A stretch of DNA of 64,000 nt, from assembly GCA_965224245.1 (NCBI GenBank), contig OZ245046.1, positions 1,056,001-1,120,000 of the forward strand. Direction: 5' to 3'. Each line of letters opens with the position of its first letter. The first letter of the stretch is position 1. The notes under the pieces are model-generated. The model had not been told where the DNA came from. It did not search any database and was given only the letters and a program-made list of their open reading frames with translations. Positions 39,989 to 50,807 of this stretch are shown here, in pieces. This stretch comes from Candidatus Eiseniibacteriota bacterium. GTDB lineage: Bacteria; Eisenbacteria; RBG-16-71-46; CAZAMP01. The position numbers and the translations under genes were made by a program.

Positions 39989-42907
39989 TCACGGCAGCAG
40001 GATCAGCTTCCGGCTCGTCGAGGTCGATCCGACCTCGAGACGGACGTAGTACGTCGCGGGCGCGGCACGGCGACCGTCGGCGCGCCGGCCGTCCCAGGTC
40101 ACCCGGTGGTATCCGGCGTCCAGGGGCTCATCGAGCAACGTTCGCACACGACGACCCGTCGCGGAGTACACGTCGATCCGGGCGGTGGTGCGTTCGGGGA
40201 GTCCGAACCGGATCGTCGTTCCGGCGCGGAACGGGTTCGGACGGACCGTGGCCACGAGGGACTGCGCCGGCGCCACCGACCCGGGATCCGCGCGATACGC
40301 CACCTGATCCCAGATGTCGCGGATGGTCTCCGCGGGGACGAGCGCGGCCTGGTTGATGGTCTCGGCGATGTCCGCGGCCAGATCGTCGTTGGTCGGGTCG
40401 CCGTCGAGGATCAGATCGGCGATCTCCTGAAGCGCCTGGCTCGCGGTGAAGCCGTCCTCGGAGACCACGTCGCTCGTGTGGAGCTTCCCTGACGCCACGT
40501 TCAGAAGGAGCGCCAGGTAGTGCTGCTTCGCACGATCCAGGAGGAGCGCGCCGCCGGAGACCGTGAACGTGTCGTAGATCGTCTCCAGATCCAGCGGCTC
40601 AGGACCGGCGCCACCATCCATGAACGTCACGCCCTCCACCACGATCGCGTTCAACCCGTTGTCGTGGAAGTGCTCGAACAGCAGCGCGGGGAAGTTCACC
40701 CGCATGTTCGTCTCGGACTCGTGCGCATGGCCGCGTCCGGTGATGAGCGCCTTCGCCTGGTGCTTCCAGTAGCCCATGCCGCGGATGGGACCGACCGCCG
40801 ACACGCAGGTCAGGTCGAAGTCGAGGACCTGGTCGGTCTCGAGCGTCACCGATGCGTGTCCGTCGGGCGGTGTGTTCGCGGCGTAGCCGAGCGGCACCAG
40901 GATCGACACCTCGCCGAGCCCGGGGTCCGATGCGAGGTCATCGAAGTGGTACTCGCCCATCGCATCGGTCACCGTGCTCAGGAACTGCCCGTCGGGCGTC
41001 GCGAGATCCACGGTGACCCCGGCCAGGACGCTCTGACAGTTCGATCCGACCTTTCCGGACACCGAGACCAGGGCCGGCTCGGATGCGTCGTCACAGCTCG
41101 GACACGTCAGACCGGCCGGAACCGAGACGCCGGGAGCAGCGGTGTTGAACGCCGTCAGGAGCACGTTGTCGAAATACGGCGCGGACGAGGAGCGCGGCGA
41201 CCCGCCGAAGCCGTTCGGGTCGTCGAGGTAGAGCAGCCGGATCCGGATCGCGGTCGCGCCGGGCTCGATCAGATCCGATACGTCCTTGCGGAAGACGAGC
41301 CAGTCCGCACCCGATGTGGCGTGGTAGACGAAGCCGTCGGTTCGGGTCACGTCGCACTGGCCGGCGACGATGGAGACGATCTCGAAGTCGACGAACCGCT
41401 GGACGTCGGCGGCAAAGTCCTCGTGATACCAGCAGAACGCCAGCTCGAACCCGGTCGCGTCCGCAGGCAACGGGATGGGCGGGGACTCCACGCCGATGCG
41501 GATGTGACGCCCCTCGTCCTCGACCTCGGTCGGGGTGCGAGGGACCTCGCCGCTGCCCGGGTCGTAGGCGACCCACGACCAGTCGTTGGCGAGGCAGGTC
41601 GTCGCCGCACACGGCGGGGTCAACTCGCGCCGGAAGCCGGCGATCCCCGCTCCGACGGGAAGCGACGCGGTCCAGCCGTCGCTCTCACCGTCGCCGTCGG
41701 GCACGGCCTCGGGCTCGAAGTCGGCGTCGACGGTCCCCGCGATCTGGATCTCGTCGATCTCCCAGGCGCCGCCGGCCTCCTCGTAGGCGCCGTCGGAGAC
41801 GAAGCGAAGCCGGAGGGTGACGCTCTGCCCGGCGTACGCGGAGAGGTCCACCGAGTCGAGCGCGAACGATCCGTTCGAGCCGTCGAACTGGGCGACGATG
41901 TCGAACGACGACGAGCCGGACGGCCGAACCTCGACGAGGCAGAAGTCGAAGAACGCCTCGGTCTGGTAGCGATGCACGAGATCGAGGCTGACCGATCCCG
42001 ACGGCAGCGTGACGGTCTTGGACAGCCGCTGATCCCAGAGCGGACCATACGCGGAACCTGCGGTCACGATCCGGCAGGGGTCGGTCGTGCCGCACCAGAA
42101 CACGCCTCGCGAACCGCTCGCCGCGTCCGACTCGGTGAGCTGCCAGTGGATCTCGTCGGTGCCGCGCACCGGCCCCTGGGTGTTGACGCTGCTCTCGTCG
42201 AACGGCTGCCAGCCGCCGTCGGACGCGTCGAAGCTCTCGAAATAGATGCACGTGGGGTCGGGTGGACACGCGAGCACGAAGTCGACCGTCCGGTCGCCGG
42301 TGACGAAGAGCTGCGTACTGCCGCCTGGGGGAGAGACGGCATCATAGCCCGTCGCATCCACCGAGAGCACGGGCAAGGGCGGCTGTGTCTGAGACGGATC
42401 ACAGCTGAACGACGCACCACCGGGAGCGAACACGTCGGTGAATGCGTACTGCCCGGTGGCATCCGTCAGCGTGGTGAGCGACGTGCCATCGACGAGATCG
42501 AGGGTGATCTCGACCCCGGCGAGCGCGCCATCGCAGTCGGACACGACCTGTCCGGAGATCGTCGCGAGGATGCAGATCAGATCCAGGTCCACCGACACGG
42601 GTGCGGCGAGGTCCATCGACACGAACGTCGGGGACACCGCCTGATAGCCGGCCGGTGGCTGGAACACGAAGAACGCCTGTCCGGCGTCGGGCAGGCCGAG
42701 AAACGCGAAGTCCCCCGACGCGTCGGTGCAGGCGAGCTCGAAGCCGGTCGGGGTGAACCCGAGCACCAGCACGTTCGCGACCGCGCCGCAATCCGAGGTG
42801 ACGCGTCCCGAGACGTCCGCGGCCATCGCGGGGGGGACCGACCCGAGCAAGACGGCCGCCACGAGCGGGATCGTCCTCGCGGTGAGTCCGTTACGGGGTT
42901 GCTGCAT
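39989..42907 (-). CDS. Large secreted protein: carboxypeptidase-regulatory/Cna-B-like repeats, jelly-roll (InhA/MAM-like) domains, FlgD-Ig C-terminal domain
   Basis: GGAGG RBS; three (I/V)SGxV.SxC...TD..G.(F/Y).F repeats; LRLRFVSDG; tail PNPF...WDGR...TYYVRL. Confidence 0.8.
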   Translation of the reverse strand: MQQPRNGLTARTIPLVAAVLLGSVPPAMAADVSGRVTSDCGAVANVLVLGFTPTGFELACTDASGDFAFLGLPDAGQAFFVFQPPAGYQAVSPTFVSMDLAAPVSVDLDLICILATISGQVVSDCDGALAGVEITLDLVDGTSLTTLTDATGQYAFTDVFAPGGASFSCDPSQTQPPLPVLSVDATGYDAVSPPGGSTQLFVTGDRTVDFVLACPPDPTCIYFESFDASDGGWQPFDESSVNTQGPVRGTDEIHWQLTESDAASGSRGVFWCGTTDPCRIVTAGSAYGPLWDQRLSKTVTLPSGSVSLDLVHRYQTEAFFDFCLVEVRPSGSSSFDIVAQFDGSNGSFALDSVDLSAYAGQSVTLRLRFVSDGAYEEAGGAWEIDEIQIAGTVDADFEPEAVPDGDGESDGWTASLPVGAGIAGFRRELTPPCAATTCLANDWSWVAYDPGSGEVPRTPTEVEDEGRHIRIGVESPPIPLPADATGFELAFCWYHEDFAADVQRFVDFEIVSIVAGQCDVTRTDGFVYHATSGADWLVFRKDVSDLIEPGATAIRIRLLYLDDPNGFGGSPRSSSAPYFDNVLLTAFNTAAPGVSVPAGLTCPSCDDASEPALVSVSGKVGSNCQSVLAGVTVDLATPDGQFLSTVTDAMGEYHFDDLASDPGLGEVSILVPLGYAANTPPDGHASVTLETDQVLDFDLTCVSAVGPIRGMGYWKHQAKALITGRGHAHESETNMRVNFPALLFEHFHDNGLNAIVVEGVTFMDGGAGPEPLDLETIYDTFTVSGGALLLDRAKQHYLALLLNVASGKLHTSDVVSEDGFTASQALQEIADLILDGDPTNDDLAADIAETINQAALVPAETIRDIWDQVAYRADPGSVAPAQSLVATVRPNPFRAGTTIRFGLPERTTARIDVYSATGRRVRTLLDEPLDAGYHRVTWDGRRADGRRAAPATYYVRLEVGSTSTSRKLILLP

Positions 42908-43321
42908 ACTGCCTCCCAGGTTGTCCGGGCGCGATCGGCCCGGCGGGAACGGGCGGAACGGGAAGTGCACGCGCCTCCGGGACGCGAAGCACGGGAGCGT
43001 GGGAGCGCGGGAGCGGTCCCGGTCCGTCGCTCCTCACCTGGGAATGCGCAAAACGGGGGCGGTGACAGCGGCGCCTTCTCGAGACGAGGCCCCGGAGGTG
43101 CGCGACCGGGGAGACCGGGCAAGTGTCGGCTTTCGAAGACGTTGGAGGCGTTCACGGTGCCGCGCGCCGGGCCCCGCCGGGCCGGGGCCACCGGGCTCCA
43201 TCTCGGCGGCTCGCGGGTCGTTGGCAGGGACTGGCCCCTCGGCGGCCGATTCTCCGTGTCCAGAGATGAGACCGACGCCGCTGCACGGCGCCGGCGGCAT
43301 CGCCCGGACGGAGGAGGACCC

Positions 43322-44803
43322 ATGCAGACGGCCAGAACCTCGCCCCGCCGCGCGCTGCGGAGCATCACCGGCTCGCTGGCGCTCACGGTCGCGACGAGCG
43401 GCGCGTCCGCCACCGCGGCGGACTTCCTCGTACCCGACGACTTTCCGTTGCCGATCGCCGTCCAGCTCGCGTGCAACAGCCTCGATCCCGTCAACACGAT
43501 CCGGATCACCGAGCGCATCACGATCACGGGCACCATCGACATCGACGCGTCCTGCGACGGTACCGGTGCCGTCGTCATCCGTCCGGACGTGGATGGCGAT
43601 CGCGCTACCATCGAGTCCGCGCACGCCGGCCCGGCGTTCCGCCTCGTCTCCTGTGAACGAGTCACCCTGCAGGATCTCGACGTGGTCCGCACGTGGCCCA
43701 ACTCGACGAACCTCATCGAGATCTTCACCGCGATCGACTGCACGATCGAGCGCTGTCGCCTGGGGTCGGTGCTGTTCGTGAGTGCGCGTGACGGCCGGGG
43801 CTCGACGCAGCCACCCGATGGAGCCCGGCGCGCCGCCGGCAGCGTGCTGTCGATCGCGTACCCGAAGAACGTCGTGGTCCGGAACTCGCTGTGCTTCTCG
43901 ACACCGCACGGAGCCTTCAGCCGGGGGATCGAGGTCACGAACATGTCCGACACCGACAACTCGATCTTCCTCTACAACAACGTGGTGGGGGACTACGCGG
44001 AGTACGGCATCAGCGTGCAAGGAGGTGGTCTCGACGGACCGCTCGCATTGCTGCGCAACAACGTGGCCGTGAACCACGTCGATCTGGCGGTCGAGCCGGT
44101 GGCCTATCGAAGCGACTTCTTCGCGCCCGGCGAGGTCGTGACGTCGCACAACGTCGCGCTGGCGACGCTGGGCCAGGTCGAGGTCATCGGCGGCGGCGCG
44201 ATCACCATCACGGCGGACGGCGTGCCGGTGGCGGAGTTCCTGCGCCTCGAGCGCCCGGAGGTGGACGACGTCTTCGTCGAGTACCGCTGGTTCATCGGGG
44301 ACTGGGATCCGAACGTGGATCTCTACCGGCTGGAGCCGGCCGCGAATCCCATGCACGACGCACCGGGCGCGTTCGGCCAGACCGTCGCCGACGGGTCGCC
44401 TCATCCCCGGGACGTCGCAGTCGAGGACGACATCGAGCACGATGCCAGGCCGAGCGGGGACACGCTCCACACCGATCGCGGCGTGGATCAGCTCGAGCTG
44501 GATCAGCTTGCCGTGATCAATCCGTCGGGGCGGTCCGGACCGCTCCGAGCGTCACCCCGGACGAATCCCTCCTTCGCGCCTGCCGCGATCCAGTACGCGA
44601 CCGAGATCGAGGGGAGCCTTCGCCTCGAGGTGTTCGACATCTCCGGACGCCGGCGTTTTGTCGACGAGCGGATCGTCACGGCTGGAGACACCGGCGCAAT
44701 CGCGATCCCCGACGACGGTCCTGGCGTGAGGTTCTACCGACTGCTTCTCACATCGTCGCGAGGCGCTAGCCAGCTCTCCGGCAAGCTCCAGCGTCTCGAC
44801 TAG
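43322..44803 (+). CDS. Secreted right-handed beta-helix (pectin-lyase-like fold) protein with divergent FlgD-like tail
   Basis: GGAGGAGG RBS before ATG 43322; signal peptide; VTLQDL, CTIERC, VVVRNS, LYNNVV, LLRNNV; tail NP...VFDISGRR...GVRFYRL. Confidence 0.7.
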   Translation: MQTARTSPRRALRSITGSLALTVATSGASATAADFLVPDDFPLPIAVQLACNSLDPVNTIRITERITITGTIDIDASCDGTGAVVIRPDVDGDRATIESAHAGPAFRLVSCERVTLQDLDVVRTWPNSTNLIEIFTAIDCTIERCRLGSVLFVSARDGRGSTQPPDGARRAAGSVLSIAYPKNVVVRNSLCFSTPHGAFSRGIEVTNMSDTDNSIFLYNNVVGDYAEYGISVQGGGLDGPLALLRNNVAVNHVDLAVEPVAYRSDFFAPGEVVTSHNVALATLGQVEVIGGGAITITADGVPVAEFLRLERPEVDDVFVEYRWFIGDWDPNVDLYRLEPAANPMHDAPGAFGQTVADGSPHPRDVAVEDDIEHDARPSGDTLHTDRGVDQLELDQLAVINPSGRSGPLRASPRTNPSFAPAAIQYATEIEGSLRLEVFDISGRRRFVDERIVTAGDTGAIAIPDDGPGVRFYRLLLTSSRGASQLSGKLQRLD

Positions 44804-44928
44804 TCAGAAACCCGGGAGACCGTGCGGGCCGGGGACGACGAAGCGAGTCGAGCTCGGCCCGACGTCCGGCGGACCGGGGGTGTGCCGAGCCCCGGGGGCG
44901 GGCACCCCAGGGCTCGACACGTGGGTGT

Positions 44929-47900
44929 TCACCGCCGGAGCAGCAGCTTCACCGACGCGATCGGCTCGCCGTCGAGCCGGAGCCGGGCGAAGTAGACTCC
45001 GCTGGGAGCGGCGTTTCCGGTCGCGTCCCGCCCGTCCCAGACGACCTCGTGGAGGCCGACGTCGATCCGTCCCAGGTCCGCGCGACCGACGAGGCGGCCG
45101 GACACGTCGTAGACGTCCAGCGTCGCGTCCCCGGTGCGAGTCGTCTGGAATCGAAGCCGTGTGCTGGCGTGGAACGGGTTGGGCATCGCGACGAGACGTC
45201 CCGCCGGCGGCTCGGAGGAGATCCCGGGCTCGTCGGTTTCCAGGAGGCCGCCCGGCTGTCGGATGACGAGGTGGCCGTTCTCGGTGCCCTCGGGGTCGAT
45301 CCCCTGCACGCACACGGTCACGCTGCCCTGTGCCGGTCCGCCGCGCAGCAGCTCGGTGGACCAGGTCGGATCGGGAACGGTCAGGTCGGCGAGGAACTCG
45401 TATCCGACCTCCTCCACGGTGACCCGTGCCGTCACCGGAGAGATGTTGTGAATGGTCGCCATGAAATCGTGTGGCGACCCGTCTCCGGGGTAGCTGGCGG
45501 TCTGGTAGAAGCCCCACGGCTCGACGAACGCGACCTCCTGATAGCCCTCGGGGAACGAGAACTCGAGCAACAGCTCCGCCGGCTGATCGGTCGGATTCGA
45601 GATCCGAAGTCCGCCGGCGCCGAGTGCACCCGTGATGCCGACCGTGGCCGTCGCCTCGGGGGCGAGCACGAGATCGGACTGCAGTCGGACGTCGATGGCG
45701 AACGACGCGATGGGGTCGGCGGAATCTCCGCGCCGGTGCAGCTCGATCAGCGTCTGATCCGGGAACTGGGCGGGATCGGTCTCGAGCTGCGCCGACAGAC
45801 ACCGGCGCTCTCCCGCGAACGAAGGGATGCTGTCAAGCTCGGACGCGACCGGGCTCGGAGGAATCTGGAGCGGCCACTCGACGTCGTCCTCGTCCCCCGC
45901 GCAAGCCGATCGCGCGATGGCCAGGAGGTCGGCGGCTTCCTGGTAGCGCCGGCTCGAGACGTCGTTCAGCGTGCCGAACACGTCCGAGTAGAACTCGCCC
46001 CCACCTAGGACGTCCACACCTGACGAGACGCCGCACCGCCCCGCGCGCCCTGTCGTGCCGCCCTTGACGCCGATCGCCATCGGAAACCACGATTGCTGGG
46101 ACGTGAGATAGAACGTGTCCACGGTGGCCAGACCACCGAGCCGCACTACCGTCCAGCTGGCGGTGCCCACGAGGTCGCGGAAGATGTCGTGCTGCATGGC
46201 GATCCGGGTGAGCTTCAGCATGTCGAACGCGCACGAGTACGGGTAGGTGCCGTCGGTGTCCTGGATGTCGAGACCGGCGGGATTCGTGAAGTACGTGTGG
46301 TCGAGACCGGCCGTGGCGGCGCGCGCGTTCATCATGTCCACGAAGTCCTTCGTCGTTCCGTAGTGGTCGGACCAGGTGGCGTCGCCTCCGGTGAGCAAGT
46401 CGGCGACCGCGTAGGAGGCATCGTTGTCCGATTCGGACATCGTCAGGATCAGCAGGGTCTCCAGGCTGAGAAACTCACCCGCGACGAGGGGAGACGTCGT
46501 GCCCGCGATATTGTTCGCGGCCCACGACGGGACCAGGTACACGTCGGAGAGGTCGGCGAGCCCATCCTCGATCATCTCGCAGGCCAGGAGCGCGGTCATG
46601 ATCTTCGTCGTGCTCGCGATCTGCACCTCCTCGAAGAGGCGCCGCGAGTACACGATCGTGTTCTCGCAGTCCCGTGCCATCGACGTCACGCAGCGATGCT
46701 GCTCGGGCTGGCGCCAGGGAAGCAGCGCGTACACGATGCCGCTGTAGCCGTCGTGGTTCGGCGCGCCGATGGCGAGTCCGGCGCGTGAGCCGGCGTTGTT
46801 GTCGAATCGCCCGAAGGTCAGCGACATGCCGAGCCGCTGATCGTTCCAGGCCTGGTAGTCGATCTTCTTCGTGTTGTAGGTGATGTGCGAGGCCACGTCG
46901 AGCCCCGTGGCGTTCCCGTAGAGCACGTGAACGTGGCCCGAGTTGACGACCGAAGCGAGGTTCTGTCCGGGGGCGGAGATCGCGAGGTCGTCGTACGGCC
47001 CCACGGTGAAGCGGCCTGCGGCCACGGCGTACCCGAACAGCTCGTCCGTTCCCGGCGTGCCGTCCACATCCGACTGTGTGAGACGCAGGACGCTGGACTC
47101 GCGGAGGCCGGTGAACGATCCGTCGGCGACGTACACCTGGCCGGCGTTGTCCTTCGTGCCCACGTCGCGCCACGGCTCACCGATGACGAGTGATCGATAG
47201 CCGCTCTCGTCGTCGGTGAAGTTCCCCACCGCCAGCGACCAGCCGAAGTAGGCATTCGATTGGGGCGGTGCGCCCGGCCAGAGGTCGACGGCCGTGTGCC
47301 AGTCGCTCGGGCTGGTGTCCAGGCCCCCGGGGCCGCCTTCGGTGAGGAAGATGCGTCCCTCGTTCGCCAGACCGATCACGGTCATGTGGGGCGCGCCGAT
47401 GATCAGGTCGTCGCTCGGATCCCCCATGACGTGGCCGGCGGCCAGCTTGGCGCCGAACTCACTGTCGGCCGGCGGGGCGCTCAGCCAGTCGGACGCGCTG
47501 AACTCGGTGCGGCGCGGGTCGTCCCACCGGAGTCCCGAGGCGTTTCCGTAGAACACGGACACTCCACCCTGGCGACCGTCCCGGCCGGGTCCGCCGACGG
47601 CCAGGTCCTCGTATCCGTCGTCGTCGAAGTCGCCGACCGCCAGGGCCCAGCCGAAGCGCTCGTCGGCCTGGAAGGCCCCGACCAGGGCTGCGCTGGCGTT
47701 CGGCGAGATGCCGATGCCCGCGATCCCCGGGTAAATGAGAACCGCACCCCCGTTGTTGAAGGTGCTCCCCATCCCGTCGTTGGTGTTGACGAACGGGAGA
47801 GCCACTGCGAGATCGTCGGCGCCGTCGCCGTCGAAGTCCCCTGCGGCGAGGACCCGGCCCATCTCGATGCTGGTGTCGTCCTCCCAGCTCGGATCGATGG

Positions 47901-48243
47901 AGAGCTTGTCCGCGCCCGCGTGCGTGAGCCCGGTCGGGCTCCCGTAGTTGATCGTGACGAATCCGTGATGGCGCGTATCCGGGTAGTCACCTTGCTCGTC
48001 GTGGGGGGAGCCCACGGCGAGGTCGTTGTAGCCGTCGTCGTCGAAGTCTCCGGCGGCCGAGGCCCAGCCGAAGTAGTCCCCTGGCTCGCGAGCTCCCCGG
48101 GACTCCTCCCCTTGACGGATCAAGGAGAGATGGGCGATCGCCGGCTGAAACGTGATCGAGACCGCCAGAGCGGCACCGAGCACTCGCGTCCACCGCCTCG
48201 TTGCGGTACGGACGATCGGGAAGAAACGTCGTTCATGGAACAT
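44929..48243 (-). CDS. Fusion: integrin-alpha FG-GAP propeller, S11 D-Ala-D-Ala carboxypeptidase, FlgD-Ig C-terminal domain (paralog 1)
   Basis: About 7 FGxxLAxGDF..DG..DLA(V/I)GAP repeats; IASTTKIMT, SDNDAS, FTNPAGLD, VKGGTT; PNPF...GVYFARL. Confidence 0.85.
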   Translation of the reverse strand: MFHERRFFPIVRTATRRWTRVLGAALAVSITFQPAIAHLSLIRQGEESRGAREPGDYFGWASAAGDFDDDGYNDLAVGSPHDEQGDYPDTRHHGFVTINYGSPTGLTHAGADKLSIDPSWEDDTSIEMGRVLAAGDFDGDGADDLAVALPFVNTNDGMGSTFNNGGAVLIYPGIAGIGISPNASAALVGAFQADERFGWALAVGDFDDDGYEDLAVGGPGRDGRQGGVSVFYGNASGLRWDDPRRTEFSASDWLSAPPADSEFGAKLAAGHVMGDPSDDLIIGAPHMTVIGLANEGRIFLTEGGPGGLDTSPSDWHTAVDLWPGAPPQSNAYFGWSLAVGNFTDDESGYRSLVIGEPWRDVGTKDNAGQVYVADGSFTGLRESSVLRLTQSDVDGTPGTDELFGYAVAAGRFTVGPYDDLAISAPGQNLASVVNSGHVHVLYGNATGLDVASHITYNTKKIDYQAWNDQRLGMSLTFGRFDNNAGSRAGLAIGAPNHDGYSGIVYALLPWRQPEQHRCVTSMARDCENTIVYSRRLFEEVQIASTTKIMTALLACEMIEDGLADLSDVYLVPSWAANNIAGTTSPLVAGEFLSLETLLILTMSESDNDASYAVADLLTGGDATWSDHYGTTKDFVDMMNARAATAGLDHTYFTNPAGLDIQDTDGTYPYSCAFDMLKLTRIAMQHDIFRDLVGTASWTVVRLGGLATVDTFYLTSQQSWFPMAIGVKGGTTGRAGRCGVSSGVDVLGGGEFYSDVFGTLNDVSSRRYQEAADLLAIARSACAGDEDDVEWPLQIPPSPVASELDSIPSFAGERRCLSAQLETDPAQFPDQTLIELHRRGDSADPIASFAIDVRLQSDLVLAPEATATVGITGALGAGGLRISNPTDQPAELLLEFSFPEGYQEVAFVEPWGFYQTASYPGDGSPHDFMATIHNISPVTARVTVEEVGYEFLADLTVPDPTWSTELLRGGPAQGSVTVCVQGIDPEGTENGHLVIRQPGGLLETDEPGISSEPPAGRLVAMPNPFHASTRLRFQTTRTGDATLDVYDVSGRLVGRADLGRIDVGLHEVVWDGRDATGNAAPSGVYFARLRLDGEPIASVKLLLRR

Positions 48244-48541
48244 GACGTGGCTCCTGTCTTCGTCGGATGTCGGCTCGGGGCGGGCTTCTTCCGGGACCGA
48301 CTCCGTCTACGTGGAGCGGGCTGCGAGCCGCTGGGGAAGCACTCCGATGCTGCACGCGGCTCTACTCGGTAGTGCGGAAAATGCCGGCGCGCTGTCACCT
48401 TCGCCGGTGGACTCGCGGGGATCGTCGCGATCGAGCCGCAGACCCGCTGGTCACACGGAAGCGGGCATCGCACGCGCGTTTTCCGTTCACTCGTGCCATA
48501 CTCCCACGGTTCGGAACGACCCTCCGGAAGTCGAGGTAGGG

Positions 48542-50797
48542 ATGCGGACACGTCTCGGGCGCTACTCGATCGTGGGCAAGCTGGGTCAGGGTGGCATGGG
48601 CGTCGTCTACGAGGGGCTCGACGAGACGCTCCGGCGACGCGTCGCGCTGAAGGTGCTCGCGGAGCCCGGCGACGCGAGCGCCCGCGATCGGTTCCTCCGC
48701 GAGGCCCAGGCCGCCGCCGCGCTGACCCACCCCAACGTGTGCCAGATCTACGAGATCGGAGAGGATGGGGACGAGCTCTTCCTCGCGCTTGAGTTCCTCG
48801 AAGGCCGGCCGCTGGATCAGGCGCTGACGGGCGGTCCTCTATCCGCGCCGGAGGCCGTGGATATCTGTCGGAGCGCGCTGGCGGGGCTGGCGGCGCTGCA
48901 CGGCGCCGGCCTCGTGCACCGTGACCTGAAGCCGTCGAACCTGTTCCTGGTCCGTGACGGCGTGAAGCTGCTCGACTTCGGTCTCGTGCGCCGCGCGTCT
49001 CCCGAGGGACCGGACGATCTCGTCCTCACCCGGCCCGGGACGACCATGGGAACGCCGTTCTACATGGCACCCGAGCAGTGGCGAGGCGAGCCGGTGACCG
49101 CCGCCACCGACCTCTACGCGATGGGGGCGGTCCTGTACGAGATGGTGACGGGAGCGCCGCCGTTTCCCGGGAAGTCCGTAGGGGAGGTTTGCGACGGTGC
49201 GATCCACCGGCATCCGCCGCCGCTCGCGGGCGGGGCGGGCGTCCTGGCCCTCGACCGGGTGGTTCAGCGCGCGCTGTCCAAGCGCCCGGAGGACCGATAC
49301 GGGTCGGCCGCGGACATGGTCGACGCACTCGGCACGATCGGTGGAAGCCGGAACGCGACGGGGAGCGTCGACGCTCCGGTGCGCGCGCTGAAGCGCCTCG
49401 TGGCGATCCCGTTCCGGGTGCTGAAGCCGGACCCCGAGACCGACTTCCTGGCGTTCAGTCTTCCCGATGCGGCCGCCATGTCGCTGTCCGGTCGGCCGTC
49501 GCTGGTCGTGCGATCCACGCACGCGGCCAGCCGGTTTGCGGGAGGACCGCTGGATCCTCCCACGATCGCCCGCGACCTCGACGTCGACGCCGTGCTGTCG
49601 GGCACCCTGGTCCGACACCGCGACCGCGTGCGCGTGAACGCGCAGGTGATGAACGTCCCCGACGGGACCGTCGTCTGGTCACACCAGCTCGAAGGCACGC
49701 TGGACGACCTGTTCGCGCTCGAGGACTCGCTGGCGGGAAGCCTGGCGGCGTCGGTGGAGGGGACGCTCGATGCCGACGTGTCGAACGCGGTCACGCGGGA
49801 GCTGCCGGCCGGCTCGGCGTATCGGAACTACCTGCGCGCAAACGACATCCGCTACTCGGCGATGCGGCCGACGGCGCTCATCGAGGCACGTGACCTGTAC
49901 CGGGCGTGCGTCGACGAGGACGCGACGATGGCGCCCGCGTGGGCAAGATTGGGTCGCATTCACCGCATCATCGCCAAGTACGGCTTCGGCGACGGCGAGA
50001 CGAACCGGCGCCAGGCACGCGAGGCCTTCCAGAGAGCACTCGACCTCGAGCCCGATCTGCCGCTCGCGCACAACCTCTACACGTTCTTCCAGCTCGAGGA
50101 GGAGGGGGACGCCGAGAGCGCCATGGTCCGTCTGCTCGGTCGGGCGAGGGCCCACGGCGAGGATCCCGATCTGTTCGCGGGACTCGTGGCCACGCTCAGG
50201 TTCTGCGGACTGCTCGATGCGTCGTTGGCGGCCTACGAGCGCGCGCGCAGCCTGGACCCGGCGATCCAGACGAGCGTTCACCACACGTACCATCTCGCCG
50301 GCGACTGGGTCCGGGCCGCGGACGCGGACCGGGACGAGCCCTTCTTCCTCCGGCTCGTCTGCTGGGACCACCTGGGGCGGTCCGAGGACGCCGTGGCGGC
50401 GCTGACCAAGGCCGCGAGCCCGGACCAGGCGGGCGTGGAGGGCATGGTCGCCGGCGCGGCGCTGGCGGCGATGACCGATGACCCCGACCGATGCTCGGAG
50501 TACCTACGGCGAATGGCCACGGTCGGCATGCACGATCCCGAGGCGCTCGCGCTGGTCGCGATGATCGCGGCGCGGGCGGATCTGGTCCCGGACGCCCTGC
50601 GGTTGCTGGATCGCGCCGTGGACAGAGGCTTTGCCGCCGCGACGCACATCCTTCGGGATCCCTGGTTCGATTCCGTCCGAGCGGAACCCGGGCTCGCCCC
50701 GATCGCCGAGAAGGCCGAGCGGAAGGTGCAGGCGGCCCGCGCGATGTTCCGGATGTCGGGCGGAGGGGAGCTGCTCGGGGTGGGCACGGGGGACTGA
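48542..50797 (+). CDS. Cytoplasmic Ser/Thr kinase with TolB_N-like and TPR domains
   Basis: GQGGMG, VALK, HRDLKPSN, DFG, GTPFYMAPEQ; LVAIPFRVL...VDAVLSGTL...VRVNAQ; TPR tail. Confidence 0.92.
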   Translation: MRTRLGRYSIVGKLGQGGMGVVYEGLDETLRRRVALKVLAEPGDASARDRFLREAQAAAALTHPNVCQIYEIGEDGDELFLALEFLEGRPLDQALTGGPLSAPEAVDICRSALAGLAALHGAGLVHRDLKPSNLFLVRDGVKLLDFGLVRRASPEGPDDLVLTRPGTTMGTPFYMAPEQWRGEPVTAATDLYAMGAVLYEMVTGAPPFPGKSVGEVCDGAIHRHPPPLAGGAGVLALDRVVQRALSKRPEDRYGSAADMVDALGTIGGSRNATGSVDAPVRALKRLVAIPFRVLKPDPETDFLAFSLPDAAAMSLSGRPSLVVRSTHAASRFAGGPLDPPTIARDLDVDAVLSGTLVRHRDRVRVNAQVMNVPDGTVVWSHQLEGTLDDLFALEDSLAGSLAASVEGTLDADVSNAVTRELPAGSAYRNYLRANDIRYSAMRPTALIEARDLYRACVDEDATMAPAWARLGRIHRIIAKYGFGDGETNRRQAREAFQRALDLEPDLPLAHNLYTFFQLEEEGDAESAMVRLLGRARAHGEDPDLFAGLVATLRFCGLLDASLAAYERARSLDPAIQTSVHHTYHLAGDWVRAADADRDEPFFLRLVCWDHLGRSEDAVAALTKAASPDQAGVEGMVAGAALAAMTDDPDRCSEYLRRMATVGMHDPEALALVAMIAARADLVPDALRLLDRAVDRGFAAATHILRDPWFDSVRAEPGLAPIAEKAERKVQAARAMFRMSGGGELLGVGTGD

Positions 50798-50807
50798 CGG
50801 GGCGGTG

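Noticed and set aside
40520-43321. N-terminal ~930 aa of the 1427-aa plus-strand ORF 40520-44803
   Set aside because: Antisense shadow of gene 39989-42907. The real gene starts at 43322 with an RBS and signal peptide.
5955-48500. TGGCAC hexamers near 5960, 6843, 10918 and 48497 (minus) as sigma54 promoters
   Set aside because: None has the GC of the -12 element at the required spacing.
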